A stretch of DNA of 64,000 nucleotides from Salisapilia sapeloensis CBS 127946 (taxonomy: Eukaryota; Protista; Oomycota): positions 1-64,000 of the forward strand of contig JAADVB010000074.1 of the NCBI GenBank assembly GCA_023334545.1, given 5' to 3'. Below the pieces are notes generated by a model. It was not told where the DNA came from. It ran no database searches and saw nothing but the letters and a program-made list of their open reading frames with translations. The translations under genes were made by a program, and so were the position numbers. Numbering within the stretch: the stretch's first letter is position 1; each line of letters starts with the position of its first letter. Positions 44,605-57,121 of this stretch are shown here, in pieces.

Positions 44605-45198
44605 CGACAGTCTTTACTGCTATCTACATTGCTCGCTACCTGGTCTGCAATGTGCCTGAGCCATGCAAATGAAATCTGGACTATAATCGAGTTGAGTTAG
44701 GTTTGAAGTTGTCCAACTGTCTTCATCACTTAACATAGTATCATTGCTTATTCAGGCTAATGCCAAGAGGAGACTGCTCTAGCTGATACCGATAAAAGTG
44801 TTGAAGCGTTCAGCACTAAGCGCATTACTGATGCGGCAGAGTAGTAAAGTTATATCGATATATTGCTATGGCCCCCTGGGCGATCTGGAACCCGATTAGG
44901 ACTTCACGCAAGGCTTTCTCCCGTCTGGAGGGGAACTTTGTTGAAACAAAGTCCATCGTTACCGATTCTTCTCGTCCATTTTGCGAGAGTACCATCGTCT
45001 AAATAAGCATTAACGTTATAGACCGTTAGTTTCATATGTAGAAGATACGCTAGATCGAAGTAAACAGCATCCAAAAGATGTCGATATGAATAAACGAACC
45101 ATTCAATTAAAACTTGGACACCCACAAAGAATTACTACTATTATACTTAATGGATGTCGCTCCGTGGTCCATTTCTGGTAGCTATGATTTTTACTTTA

Positions 45199-48052
45199 CT
45201 ACATCAGCATGCCCATCTGAGCTGCAAACAAGTCGTACTGAAGTAGCGATTCATCGGATGAAACTGGAGTGATATCTTGTATCGCTTTTTTAAAGTGGTC
45301 ATGACGCACACACTTTGCATCGATCGATTCTCTCAAAGCCTGCAACGCTGCTTCTCGGCACACATTCTACATACAGATCAGCGAGTGATACTTGGATACG
45401 TATCTCGGCAACTTACTTCAAGTTCCGCGCCACTAAAGTATGGAGTTTGTGTTGCCAAAGACTCAAGGCATACTTCCTGATGAAGGTGCATCTTCTGCGC
45501 ATGGATCTCCAGAATACGAAGTCGGTCTTCAGCATTTGGAAGACCGACGTATAGGATTCGATCGAATCGACCAGGACGTAATAACGCTGCGTCGATCAAA
45601 TGTGGCTGGTTCGTAGCTCCGATAACAAGTAAACCTGCACAGTAGACATATGGGCTTAGTATATAGCTTCACACATGCCAAACGTACTGGTACCATCAGC
45701 AGCTTCGACACCATCCATTTCATTTAGCATGGTCGACAGGATGCGTGACGTGGTACTTGAGCCTTGATCTGCTCCACTCGAGTCGGACGCAAATTCGCGC
45801 TTCGTCACCATGGCATCGATTTCATCGAAGAAAATGATCGCTGGTAATGCAGCCCGAGCATCTCGGAAGACTTGTCGGATAGCTGCTTCTGCTTCACCAA
45901 AGAAAGGAGAGAAAATTTGGGCAGCTGATAAAGACAAAAAGGTGGCACCACTCGAGCCAGCAGCAGCACGAACAACTGTGCTTTTACTACATCCTGGCGG
46001 CCCATACAGCAAGATACCTCGAGGCGGCTACATTCTAGTGTTAGACCGATACACATACAGCCGGTTCGAGTGCACAAGTTACTTTGACACTTAGCGTCGC
46101 GAACGTCTGCGAGTACTTGATCGGCCATTCTAAAGCTTGCTGCAAAGCTAATTTCGTTTCCTCTTGGCCACCAATCGCATCCCATCCTACTTGCTCCACG
46201 TTGGATCTACAAAAACAAACAATTAATAAGAATATTGCGATACGACATATATGTGCACATACGAGAAGCCACTGGCACTCCGAAGAGAAGATGGGACAAC
46301 GACCGTCATGGCTTGCTCAAAGTCGTCCATTGTAACTTCGAATGTGTCCTCATTCGGCTCAGCAGGGCTCTCAACAACGTTCATATTTTCACCGCGATCA
46401 TCTCGTACCGCAGGGTCGATCAAAAGGAATGAAAAATATTTGGACATGCTGCTATCAGTCGTTTGCTGACGTAGAAACCATAGTGGAATCGACACTGGAT
46501 TCGATCTCCATGCATTGTTCAGGACAGAAGTCACCAATGATGGTTCTGTCAATAAAGACTCTCCTCGCTTCTTCCAATTTTCCCACCAGTTCTGCAGCTC
46601 TCGATGCTCCGAAACGGCAACAAAGTGTCGCATCGTGGCAACAGCAAGCGCTTCTCTGCATAAAGACGCTAAATCTGCTCCGACATATCCGATAGTTTTT
46701 TGCGATAATTCTGTCATTCGCAACTCTCGTTCATTACTACTTTGCGATTGGAGGAAAGGTACTCCAGTGAGATGTATATCCAAGATCTGTCTTCTTGCGT
46801 CTGTTTTTGGAGGGGATAGTGACAATTCACGATCAAATCGTCCCGGCCGACGCAATGCTGGGTCAATCGCGTTTGGGAGGTTCGTGGCGCCAACGACTAT
46901 AACGTTTTTACGCCTGGCAATCGTTTCGACACCATCCAACAAAGTTAAAAGCTGTGCCACAATACGACTGTGGGTTAAATCAGTAGCTCTCGCATCACTC
47001 CGCTTTGGACAAAGAGCATCCAGTTCGTCAATGAATATGACCGACGCTCCGTTTGTTTTATTAACATGCGCTGCAGCCTGTTGGAAAATATCTCGAAGAG
47101 TGTTTTCAGCGTCCCCAATGCCACTGGTAAGGATCTCAGACCCGTTAATAGTTGATAGATGCAAAGGAACGATTGATTGGCATTGCTCCACAACGGTTCG
47201 AACGAGTTGTGTTTTACCCACGCCAGGTGGACCGCACAGAAGCATGCCTTTTGGAAGGTCTATCCCATAGTCTTGGTAAAAGGTTGGATAACGAACTGGA
47301 AGTAGAACCATCTCTCGCAGAGTTTGTAATTCTGTTTGTAAACCACCCAGCTTCTGTCTAAGAGTTGGAGCAGATGCAGTAGCTTTCAAGTCATGTGTAG
47401 CTTCCTGTTTTTCAGTCGTAAATGTGAGACGTGTCGAAGGGGTAATAATGACGAAAGCAGTGGATGGAAATGCAGACTTGATATGAAAAGCAATTGTCTT
47501 GTCAGTATTCGCGTCTGGCTTGTACGAAGGTGATGGGAGATGAGCGACTGCATTCGTCGTGACAAGCCATTGACGACGGACAGTATGTTCCAAGAGCTGC
47601 CGATACGTTGCACTAGTTCGAATAGCTTTTTCGGTCTTTTCGTCGTACTCGGAAAGGACAAACAAGACCGAGGCTGCTCGTTGAACGGCTTGCTTTGGTA
47701 TCCAGTAGATTACCATGGTATTCGATATCCGGTGAGTGGAAGCAGATTGACCAGCCTTTTGCAATTGCAGCTTAAAGTTAGTTCTAGTAGTCTCTATAGA
47801 GCCATCAAATAGGGATGAACACTCTTGCGAAGTGCTGCCACGGTCCATGGCAGCACCACATATATAAACATGTTGGTCATTCGATGACTCCACAGCTACA
47901 TATCGACTCATTATCGCATCACGCTGCTTTATTACGTCCGTGGTGAGTCGACAACGAGCAGAGAATCTGTCAAAACGTGAGTGGACGTCCCATGTCTCCA
48001 GAGCTGCTTCCAGTGTCATGTTTGGCGTTTTGTGTCCAAAACTTGTTGTCAT
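45199..48052 (-). CDS. SPATA5L1: CDC48-family two-AAA ATPase, AFG2B/SPATA5L1-like, multi-exon
   Basis: D1 GMLLCGPPGVGKT...FIDELDALCPKR...DPALRRPGRFDRE; D2 LYGPPGCSKS...QIFSPFFGEAE...FFDEIDA...DAALLRPGRFDR. The FSPFxG motif favours SPATA5L1. Confidence 0.85.
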
Positions 48053-48194
48053 TCATATTTTTATTGGTTTTTAGTATGATACGTATCAGTAATATTAACC
48101 ACCAATCATGTAGCAATGTTAAAGACATTTTATACCAATTACCAACCGGGAAGTTTGGACCTCACAAATCGAAGCGAACCGCCGAAATTGAGAG

Positions 48195-48557
48195 ATGCAG
48201 TGGTTGCTACGACGCTCGCTGCGATCGACGGCTCAGCGGTTCATGAACCGCCGAGGCATGGCCTCTGGTGGTCATGGCCATGCGGACGCTAGCAAGTACC
48301 CTCATGGAATGCACTTCCACGTGTCACCGACGCACAAGAACCTGGCGTTGGCCTATGGTACAATGTTATGGCTGTGGATTTTCTACCGTGCGAAGCAAGA
48401 CGGAGCTGCCGTATTGGGACTTGAGCACCCGTGGGACCACGGACACGGCGGATCGCATGGCGGTGAAGGGGAGTTGGAATGGAAAGACACTTACTATTTC
48501 GAGCGAGCGGAGATTGGCGAAGCTCCCGCTTTGGTCAAGCCGGATGACGAGGAATAA
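48195..48557 (+). CDS. NDUFB2: NADH:ubiquinone oxidoreductase accessory subunit NDUFB2 (AGGG)-like
   Basis: Mitochondrial presequence, GGHGH, single TM YGTMLWLWIFYRAKQDG..VLGLEHPWDH. Confidence 0.8.
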   Translation: MQWLLRRSLRSTAQRFMNRRGMASGGHGHADASKYPHGMHFHVSPTHKNLALAYGTMLWLWIFYRAKQDGAAVLGLEHPWDHGHGGSHGGEGELEWKDTYYFERAEIGEAPALVKPDDEE

Positions 48558-49954
48558 AAGCGCTTTGGAAATGTTCATCTAGAGTTTTTCTGCTAGCTTT
48601 CTCGTTTCGTCTTGTCCGAACAATACACAAAAAGAGGTTCCTTACCGCTTAATTACTTTGAAAACCGTCTTTTCAGTCAAATTACCATTTCAAGCTCGAG
48701 TACAATGCATAATAAAAACCTTCGCAGGTATTGTCTCTCCGCGGTCGAACTAGGCTAAGATAGGCATTGGTTGATTCGAATGCATCCAGTTTCGCTACGC
48801 TTGATACTAAAGATCAGTAAATCGTGGCTTTGTATTCCGTCTGCACATGCCAAGATGTTTGAGGCTCAGTGTTCGCCGAGCTTTTAACATGCCGTGCCAT
48901 GCAAGGACGACCGTGGAATGCATTTGGCTATTTGCAGGCATCTTTGGCGAAGCTTCGGCGAAGCGCTTCCGTTGTGCACAAAGGTAGCCTAGGTATTCGC
49001 TCTTACATTTAGGGCCCTAGATTCGAGATCGAGAGAATGGGTTCTAGTGTTTCTTTCACAAGTGACCACGAGTGCTCTTACCTTTTAATTCTCCGTTCTA
49101 TTCGTGGGTGCAGAGATCATTAGACCGAGTAATCTTGAATAATCCGACCCAATGCATGTATGACGCCCGATGCAAGCAAATGAAGTAGTTATTCAACTTG
49201 TTTTGTTTTTCGCGCTAGTACTTTATGTCGTGCTAAATAGCATCAAGGTATAGCAGCGAGTAGGAACTACACTTAATTGATTTGTGCTCATGTGTCTATT
49301 GATACAAAGTAAACTGGGCACTGTAAGCGTTAGCTCTAGTAGGTTTCCTATGAAGAGGTGCTCATTAATGTAGTAAGAAAACATGGAAGCGATCAGTTTG
49401 TACTTCATTCTAAGAACAAGACTGATACGTAGGTCATCCAAAGCGTACTTTGTTCGCTTTGCTTCTTGACTTCCAAAATCTATGAAAGTAGATACTTGGA
49501 CATGCTATACAGGATTTTTATTGCAACCACGTAGCAGAGAATCTAGACATTGTGTGATTGCTAGCTAATGCTCGGTATTTCATTCTTACAAAACCGGTCA
49601 CCCATCACAATCATCAATCGACTTGACTTATTTAGTGATAAGACTGTGTACAAACATATTCATCGCAAGCATTGGACCTTGGTATGCTCCAAGGATAGTA
49701 TTGATATCGCATTTCGAAGTAGCATTCATATGACATTCAAGAACTCCTTTGACATGAAAAAGTAGCTTATATACTCGGTACTGCTTCAGTCTTAATAGTA
49801 TCGACTACTAAGTCAGACTGTAAACTACAAATACAAACAAATATAAGAGAAAGACGATTGATACTGCTAAGTAGAAGCAAATGTATTACTATGCCGTACT
49901 TAGCCTACGTTGTCGTTGCTACCATTCACGACAAAAAACTGGGTAGTGAAACGC

Positions 49955-51166
49955 CTACTGTTTGTTCTGGTACCATTCCACCACCTTTGGATGCTCATCC
50001 ACTTGCTTAAAAATCTGGAAGACCTTCGGATAGTTCTCGTGCATCGTCGTCGGTGCATCTTTCATGAAACCGCAAAGCATAAACTTGATGCAGCCGTAGA
50101 TTGTCAAATCAGCGGTAGTGAGACGATCTGAAACCGCGTACTGCGTACCCCAGTGAGCAATACGATTGTCAAGTAGCTTCAGCGTCTTTGCCCAAACGTC
50201 CGACAAGGATTCTGACGAACTTTTGCGTTCGAGGTGAAAGTCTTCAATCGCTTCGTCGATTTCGTCCGCGCGGAGCTGGATGACAGGCTCATTTTCCGGG
50301 TACAAGCCAGCAAGCATGCCAGCATAGTTGAGAAGAGCGTTGGTTTGACACATGACATCTTCATTCACTTCCAACACTGGAAGCTGCTGATACGGGAAGG
50401 TTGGCTTCATCTGTGGCCAATCGGCCGGGTCGACACGAACGTCTTCAAACGGAATACCACCGATCGCAAACGCCAAGCGGATGGACTCAGCTTTACCAGG
50501 AATACCAAAGTATGTCAACTTGAGCTTCGGGTATTCTGAGCGCTGGACAGCGTTCCACTGAACGACCTTAGGATGGCTCGCGACCTTCTTATGAGCTTGT
50601 TGGAAGGACTCGTAGCCATCCACAATCGTTGATGGAATACCACTCAAGTATCCACTCGTAAGGATGCTATGTAGACTGTAAAGCATCAGCTCGTGGATAA
50701 ACACTTGTTCCGTCTGGAAGATCTCGAGCTTGTACATCTTGTGCAGACGTTTGTCCATCAAGGAGAGCTGCGATGGAAACTGTTCTTTTGCAAGCTCTTG
50801 AAACTTCTCTTTCTTCTTCTCCGGGTCGGACTCGGACATGGCTGGTCGAAGACTGTTGATAGCATCGTTCACTGCAGTCATAATCTCCGTCACAAGAACC
50901 GAAGCAATCGGGTTGTTGACTGGGTAGAGTCCACCAAGTCGTCCAATGTACTTGAGCTGTGCGGCGGATTGACCATAGACTTGGCCATCGACCTCCAGAA
51001 TCGGCAGTTGGCCGAAAGGTAGACTGCTCTTCTGCGCAGCAAACTCTTCTCGAGAAATACGGTTGTCCTCGAATGGGATACCAGCGATGTGCATCGCTAG
51101 ACGAATGGGCTCGGCGCGTCCAGTTCCGTTAAAGTAGGTGAGTTTGATGGAGGGGTAAGCGGACAT
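49955..51166 (-). CDS. Second tandem two-domain GST (GST-GST paralog)
   Basis: 403 aa: KLTYFNGTGRAEPIRL...LPFGQLPILEVDG and KLTYFGIPGKAESIRLAF...YQQLPVLEVN; colinear with 33271-34476. Confidence 0.93.
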   Translation of the reverse strand: MSAYPSIKLTYFNGTGRAEPIRLAMHIAGIPFEDNRISREEFAAQKSSLPFGQLPILEVDGQVYGQSAAQLKYIGRLGGLYPVNNPIASVLVTEIMTAVNDAINSLRPAMSESDPEKKKEKFQELAKEQFPSQLSLMDKRLHKMYKLEIFQTEQVFIHELMLYSLHSILTSGYLSGIPSTIVDGYESFQQAHKKVASHPKVVQWNAVQRSEYPKLKLTYFGIPGKAESIRLAFAIGGIPFEDVRVDPADWPQMKPTFPYQQLPVLEVNEDVMCQTNALLNYAGMLAGLYPENEPVIQLRADEIDEAIEDFHLERKSSSESLSDVWAKTLKLLDNRIAHWGTQYAVSDRLTTADLTIYGCIKFMLCGFMKDAPTTMHENYPKVFQIFKQVDEHPKVVEWYQNKQ

Positions 51167-51215
51167 CTTGGCGAGTCGTAAAGTTGATTATTGGAAACCT
51201 TGTGCAGTACGAAGC

Positions 51216-51231
51216 AAAATCGGAAATGAGG
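51216..51231 (-). promoter_or_regulatory. Inr+FPR core promoter of the second double GST
   Basis: Minus strand CCTCATTTCCGATTTT 50 nt upstream of ATG 51166. Confidence 0.6.
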
Positions 51232-52102
51232 ATTGAGGAATCGATGCGGCTACGTGTAATCACACGATCTTCATGACACATGACTGAGTATACTTTGTTG
51301 AAGTGAAAATTCCACACTTAATACGGAACATTCCAAGTTACCACTGTAAGAGTCAATTCCTTGCGAGACATATATAAGACCTACGTCTTCCACGCTTTTA
51401 AAGCATCATGACACTGGATTGATTGTCAGCTAACGAGTCGCTAGGGTGAAGTAAAACGAGGTAGAGCGATGTCTGATGTGATGGGTTTCGCCATTCCTTT
51501 GCTCCTGCACATCTGTTAAGCCTATTGATCGATCGCATAAAGGTTGATCTTGGATCGCCAATCTCCCCGTCCTTTAAACAAGTTTATAGGCAGCTCTGGC
51601 ACTGCCATATCGCAGACGTGTTTTCCATCTCATAGTACAGACGATAGAACGCAGGCAGCTAGTGATACGGAGGTGGTGCTCAGGATACCCCGAAGCGTGC
51701 TTCAAGTAATGATCTACCTGCTGGTCGATGTCGTACCCACAGAATATGCAAAACATACAAATTTCGTATCCTCTTCCCGACGCTGCTTCTCATCAATCAT
51801 TGACGCCTATTCTCCTTCATGCCATGATAGAGAGAGTTTGCCATTATGACACTTGGTAGCCTAGCCATCTGCATCGCTATATTTCTACCTACCTTATACA
51901 CTCAAAGCATGTCATGGCATGGTAATCTCTTCGTTGGGAGCAAGTCTGAGTGACTTGATGGCGTAGTCATTTGCGTCCTGTATGATGACGATCAATACAT
52001 CCTTTATTATAGAAAAATGAACAAGCTTTCTTTCAGTAGACTATGTTGACATTCTATTGCAAGCGTCTATCTATCATGTATTTGCAGTCGAAGCGAAGAT
52101 CA

Positions 52103-52775
52103 TTATTTTTTAGGCTTTCTTTCTTTCGAGTCGATGTTCATTGTTATAGGCCCATCATTTGACTAGATCATTTCAATTAGAATACACGATTGCGATTCAG
52201 CTTTCTAAATGCTGCAAAGCAGCTAAAAACTATACGTACCAATGAGACGTCCATGTACGCTCCAAAAACGCCTTCAGCCACCTTATCGGAGCGGTGAACG
52301 TCACGTACGCGCTGACAAAAGTTGTCGAAAAATTCTTTGGCAGGCGTCGGAGGCACTGCAATTATAGAACAATGGTAAGCAAGATACTAGATGAGCCACC
52401 AGCATCGAACATAAAAGTACTCGAGAGATGGAAGTCGGGCTTGTTGCCTGAAAAGTAGCCATGCAGGGTGAACTGGCTTACTAGTAATACTTCATAGTCG
52501 TTGCTAGCAACTGACGTTTTCCATTGTGCTCCTTTGTCATCCGGCCACAGCCTTGCATTCTGCAAGCGTCAACAAGGTTATCAAATGAGACTTGAAGGAG
52601 ACATCGACTGGACAGTAGCACGTACGAGGAGACGGCGACAGCAAAACTCGGCATCCTCCTCAGCGTCGTCCTTGCCGATTCCTACGAGACACAGCAATCC
52701 TTTGCCGATTTCACCAACGATATCGCCATCCACACGCACACTTGCACTCGTCACGCGTTGTATCACTAACTTCAT
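52103..52775 (-). CDS. DTD1: D-aminoacyl-tRNA deacylase 1, 4 exons
   Basis: [41 protein letters not shown] and last exon [11 protein letters not shown]. Confidence 0.95.
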
Positions 52776-53105
52776 CTTGCTTGATATCAACCCACTGAAT
52801 TGAATATGGCTTTAACATAGGTTAATATAAATTATGATACCATTTATAAATTATACGCGCTGTTTTCTCACTGCAGAAAATTTACAATTTGCATAAAGTA
52901 GTAGGTTGCGTTTGCTACCAAATTAAGACTGCCACAAAGTGATCGGGGTATGCTGAGAGCGCTGCGTCGGTGTGTACGTCCTCACTCCTCTGTACATGCG
53001 CACCCTTCTTGATGCGTTAATTGACCGTTACCTATTTATGACCAATAGGCCTTACGACCAGCTTTATTTCTGTCTCACACACAACGTTTTTGCCAAATTC
53101 GACTT

Positions 53106-53844
53106 ATGTCGACCGAACAACCCAAACGAGTACTGCTTTTTGGCTCCTCTGCGAACCCTCTGAGAGGTCTTACTGGCCATCTTGGTGCGATTCAATATTG
53201 CCGTGCAAATTTCGATGAAATATGGCTCCTTCCGGTCTATCGTCACATGTACACGACCAAAAGAAATCTGGCTCCCTTCCATCACCGTGTCCGTATCTGC
53301 GAATTGCTCATCAACTCTTTACCAGAGGATGGTATATAATCATACATTTGTCTTCTTGATGACATGCATACTTATAGGAAGAATAGGATCTCCTGTCAAG
53401 GTGAAAGAAACAGAAAAAGAGTTGTATAAGATTCTACTGCGTGATGTGGGGGCGGAGGAAGGTGATGACGTGCAGATTAAGATGGGAACGCATGAAATCG
53501 TCATGTACTTGCAAGCAAAGCACCCGGGCTATGACTTCTCGTTGCTCCTTGGTGCAGACACGTATAAGGATTTGCTCGCTGGTAAATGGAACGATGGGGA
53601 GGAGCTCCGCCAAATGGTGAACTTGCTGGTCATGGAGAGGAAGGGAGTGGAATCAGCTGCTCCAGAGGTGGAACAGGATACAATCAGCAAGAATGTCAGT
53701 CTTATCACGATTTCTGGCTTGGACGACGGTTCCTCCACGAAAACCAGAGCGATGACGGACGTGGACGAGCTTCGACAGGACGTTGGGTCGCCAGTGGCCG
53801 AGTACATTGTACAGAATGAGCTCTATGGCTTCGCCAAGCAATAA
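53106..53844 (+). CDS. Nicotinate/nicotinamide-nucleotide adenylyltransferase (NadD-like cytidylyltransferase fold), 2 exons
   Basis: LLFGSSANP...TGH (HxGH-like), EIWLLPVY.H, APFHHRV.IC, FSLLLGADTY.DL..W, GSST..R. Confidence 0.78.
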
Positions 53845-53873
53845 TGCACTAGAAATTACCGAGAATGATAGAT

Positions 53874-54092
53874 CTATCTCTTTGATCGATTACTTTGTGG
53901 TGTCATGCCATGCGCTGCTAGTGCTTTTTCACAGCAGTTATGGAAGCGCTCGATTGTCTGCTTGCACCACTTTTCCTGGTAGTCGAAGCGCTGGAGACAG
54001 TCCTGAATGGCGCATGCTTGTTTCCTACATTCCTTCTCACAAAGCGCGTCCTCGGCCGATTTGCCTCCTCCGTCTGCCGGTTGCTTGTCCAT
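53874..54092 (-). CDS. CMC4: Twin CX9C protein CMC4 (p8-MTCP1-like)
   Basis: CRKQACAIQDCLQRFDYQEKWCKQTIERFHNCC matches the CMC4 C..QAC.IQ.CL...Y.E..C......L..CC pattern; ATG 54092. Confidence 0.85.
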   Translation of the reverse strand: MDKQPADGGGKSAEDALCEKECRKQACAIQDCLQRFDYQEKWCKQTIERFHNCCEKALAAHGMTPQSNRSKR

Positions 54093-55037
54093 CGTCACTT
54101 GGAAGTTGATTCGGATACGTTCCGAACTACCGTCTCTGATCTCTTCTATCGGATATTTTCACAAAATTTGGTGCGCATTTAAGGCGATTGACTTGGATCG
54201 ATCCAAGTTTCTGAATGCAGATTTAGGTTTTTAAGTAGGCTTTTTCACGTTCTTGTGATTGCAACAAAAGTCTGCCTGTTGATTCCGGTTGGAAGTAACT
54301 GGACTTTGCTCGTATGGCTGGTGTGGAGTTGAATTTGAGCAGAATTGCAAAAGTCCCGAAGTAGTGACAGTCAGTGGTAACGGTTGTCCATCGGCCCCTT
54401 ATAAATCATGGACCGGCATGATGATGTCTGCAGCAGCGGTATGTGCATGCAATACCTTTTCACAACACAGGCTTAGAGCACTGGATGCTTCATGTTTCAT
54501 ATTGCTTGACTTTTAATGCTTCATGGTAATCTGGCATGGCTCCGTCACTGAGGAGTGTAGTTTTATAGGCACATTTAGACATCCTGGTTACCATTTTCTC
54601 ATGCAATGTGTGGCAGCAATGTTGAGTGTGCTACTACAGAATGCTGATAGGATAGCTTCAGACTCTTTGATATATTTAAGCACGCAAGAACGCTTGACTA
54701 ATCTTGTCTTTTGTGAAAGTATGCAAGTACACCCATCTTTACTTCTTCGTTGCTGGTATGTTCCCTTAGAGATGTTCAACTCTACGCGCTAGTTGTATCA
54801 AACTGCTTTGCCTATACGACATGGTGGCTCAGTTCAATGATGACTGCATTGAGTACAAAGATCAGAGCAGAGGGTATCTGGCCACTTAGTCTTCACTCTA
54901 GGCTCTCAACTCTAGTCCCATTCTTTCAAGTAGGACTTAATTATAACTTTGATGCGTAATATCGTTGGAAACAAGAGTCACATACGAGCAATTTGTAAAG
55001 CGAACACGATAACGAGTACCAGCATACTATCAAAAGT

Positions 55038-55859
55038 CTATTGGGAAGGGGTAAAAGTTTGAAGTCGGACACCTCCAGTATCAAGTTCGTCTTGTATAAT
55101 ATGCCGCTGTAAGTAGTACAGCTGACATTGGGTGTCAATTTCCTTTTCAGTCGCCTCGTCATAGCTAAAGCTGGAGCTCATGATGAAGACACCTGGGTTC
55201 GAGCCTTGACGTAGTAACTTATGGATACTCCAGAAAAGGAGCGGAACAATCTCTTGCGCGTATATAACATCCGAGCCTAATATCAACTCTGTCGACTGGG
55301 TTGCGCCTTGCAGTGCCTCCAGTTCTTTCATCTCGTTTCTCCCGGTCTCACCCCAGGGTAGTCGCAATGTACTGCATTTTGCCTGTGTCTACTTTAGTAT
55401 ACGCTTGTTATCTTAACAATATGAAAAAAACCTGTGACTTGGTTTGAGAAGCTATATTGTCGTCAATGAGCTGGAGGACACCAGGGTCGTGATCTGTAAA
55501 GATGACATGGGCAGTGGACCAGAGTTGGGCAGCCACGAGGCCGACCAGTCCACACCCAGCACCTACTTCAACAATATTTGTCGGCTCGGACATCTGACTG
55601 TGGATGCTGCACAAGTGGTTGCACATTGCTGGAGCGGCAGGCCACACGTAATGCCCAGACTATCGAAGACGTTAAGTCATAAAGAGCTTATCGTTGCAAT
55701 GACACATTATACCTGCAACGCGCCCGGATCTTGCTCAATAACGGCAAGTTGAACGGATATATCCGTACCAAACTTAAACTCCTGCGTGACTCTATCAGCA
55801 TGTGCATCGAACATGAAGCCTACATCGCCAAGGACACCATCATCGTCACTGTCACTCAT
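55038..55859 (-). CDS. Class I SAM-dependent protein methyltransferase (METTL21/METTL23-type family 16), 3 exons
   Basis: MSDSDDDGVLGDVGFMF...; SGHYVWPAA, IVEVGAGCGLVG, VIFTDHD, RLPWG, ILGSDVIY. Confidence 0.9.
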
Positions 55860-56168
55860 TTTGCTTGTCCGTTGTTCGCCTACGCATTTTCAGCCAACCA
55901 TCACGACCATTTTTAATTTTCTGCAAATCACATCTTGCCTAGGGCATTCGATACGACATTGAAGTGACGGATATGCTCCAGCACTTCCTCCACGTTACTT
56001 GGACATGTAGATGGATCTATAGAAAATAGAAATAGAGACTGTAGCCAAGATTTTAATTGATGACGGAAAGAGAAAAAGACTTTATGTGTTCCAAGCAATC
56101 AATGTAAAAGAAACTATCCAAGCGAACAACTATTCCTTTCCTCTTCGTCCGGCATGATCGACAGGTAT

Positions 56169-56720
56169 CTAAAAGTTGGAGCCCTCAGGCGGTTGAGGCA
56201 GCCGACGGTTGTTTGGCGACGCCATCTCCTGACGAATTGCTACCAACACACCTTCAATCGTGTTATGGCGATTCCAGTTCGAAAGTATTGGCAGACGTCT
56301 CGTATCAATTCGTCCGGTCTGCGGATCCACGCAGCTCATGTTGATACGGCTCGTAAAGCAAACGTCTGGGGGCACGTGCGGGTACTGGTCGCTGCAGTGG
56401 ATACGCAGATTGTAAATGCGGCCATCATGGCAAGTCTATACAGCACGTGAGTTGGCGGATTCACATGATAAGAGTAGACGAATGACGTACGCCAGGCGGA
56501 CCAAGGATGGTGCCGATCCAATTGGTCAGATAGATATCATCAGACTGCTCTAGACCGTAGGAGATGCTCATATCTCCTTGACCTTTTTCGCTATTCTCAA
56601 GCTCTTCCAACAACTTAAAGTTGCGAGGCACTATGCAAAAAGTACTAGATGAATACATTTTTTTTCATACTATAACTACACAAACGTACCAATGACATTT
56701 TCATTTCCAGCTCTGGACAT
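56169..56720 (-). CDS. UEV1: Ubiquitin-conjugating enzyme variant UEV1/MMS2, 3 exons
   Basis: [23 protein letters not shown]...[10 protein letters not shown]; [16 protein letters not shown]; [11 protein letters not shown]; no catalytic Cys. Confidence 0.95.
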
Positions 56721-57121
56721 GACGATCGCTTTATATGCGCTGCTTGGGTAAGATAGTGTGCAATAAGGAGCTAGATCGGATGGCGAGATGTGAGCACACC
56801 GTTTTCAAAGTATTGGTAGGAAATGGACTTGGTCATACGTAATCTCTCCGAGTACAAAGAAGTTGGAGAGGAACTGAGCGTCAGTAAGCGTCGAAACGGA
56901 TGCAGGAAAGCTAGGGAGATGAGATCGACGTCGCTCAAGCTGCGCTTTGTCCGACGTTTTTCCGATTTTGTTGTTCCGGCAGCATGTTCAATTGGACAAA
57001 ATAGAACAATTCTATCCAATCAAACGGAAAGGTATGTAGCTATGCTGGTTATATAAGTTATGGGGTACTCTAGGAATCGATTCTACCTCGATGTGAGGGC
57101 ATGTTATTCCTTTCAAACAGC

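Noticed and set aside
48760-48960. Stretches faintly resembling U5/U6 snRNA or tRNA loops (tactaaagat; gcaaggacgac)
   Set aside because: Conserved boxes are not actually matched and no cloverleaf or snRNA stems could be built.
51544-51849. 101-aa plus-strand ORF and overlapping minus-strand 60-aa ORF
   Set aside because: Non-ATG start for the longer ORF, no recognisable motifs, no coherent spliced model.
56771-57056. Overlapping 77-82 aa ORFs between UEV1 and TOP2
   Set aside because: Probably UEV1 5' UTR/promoter; no protein motifs.
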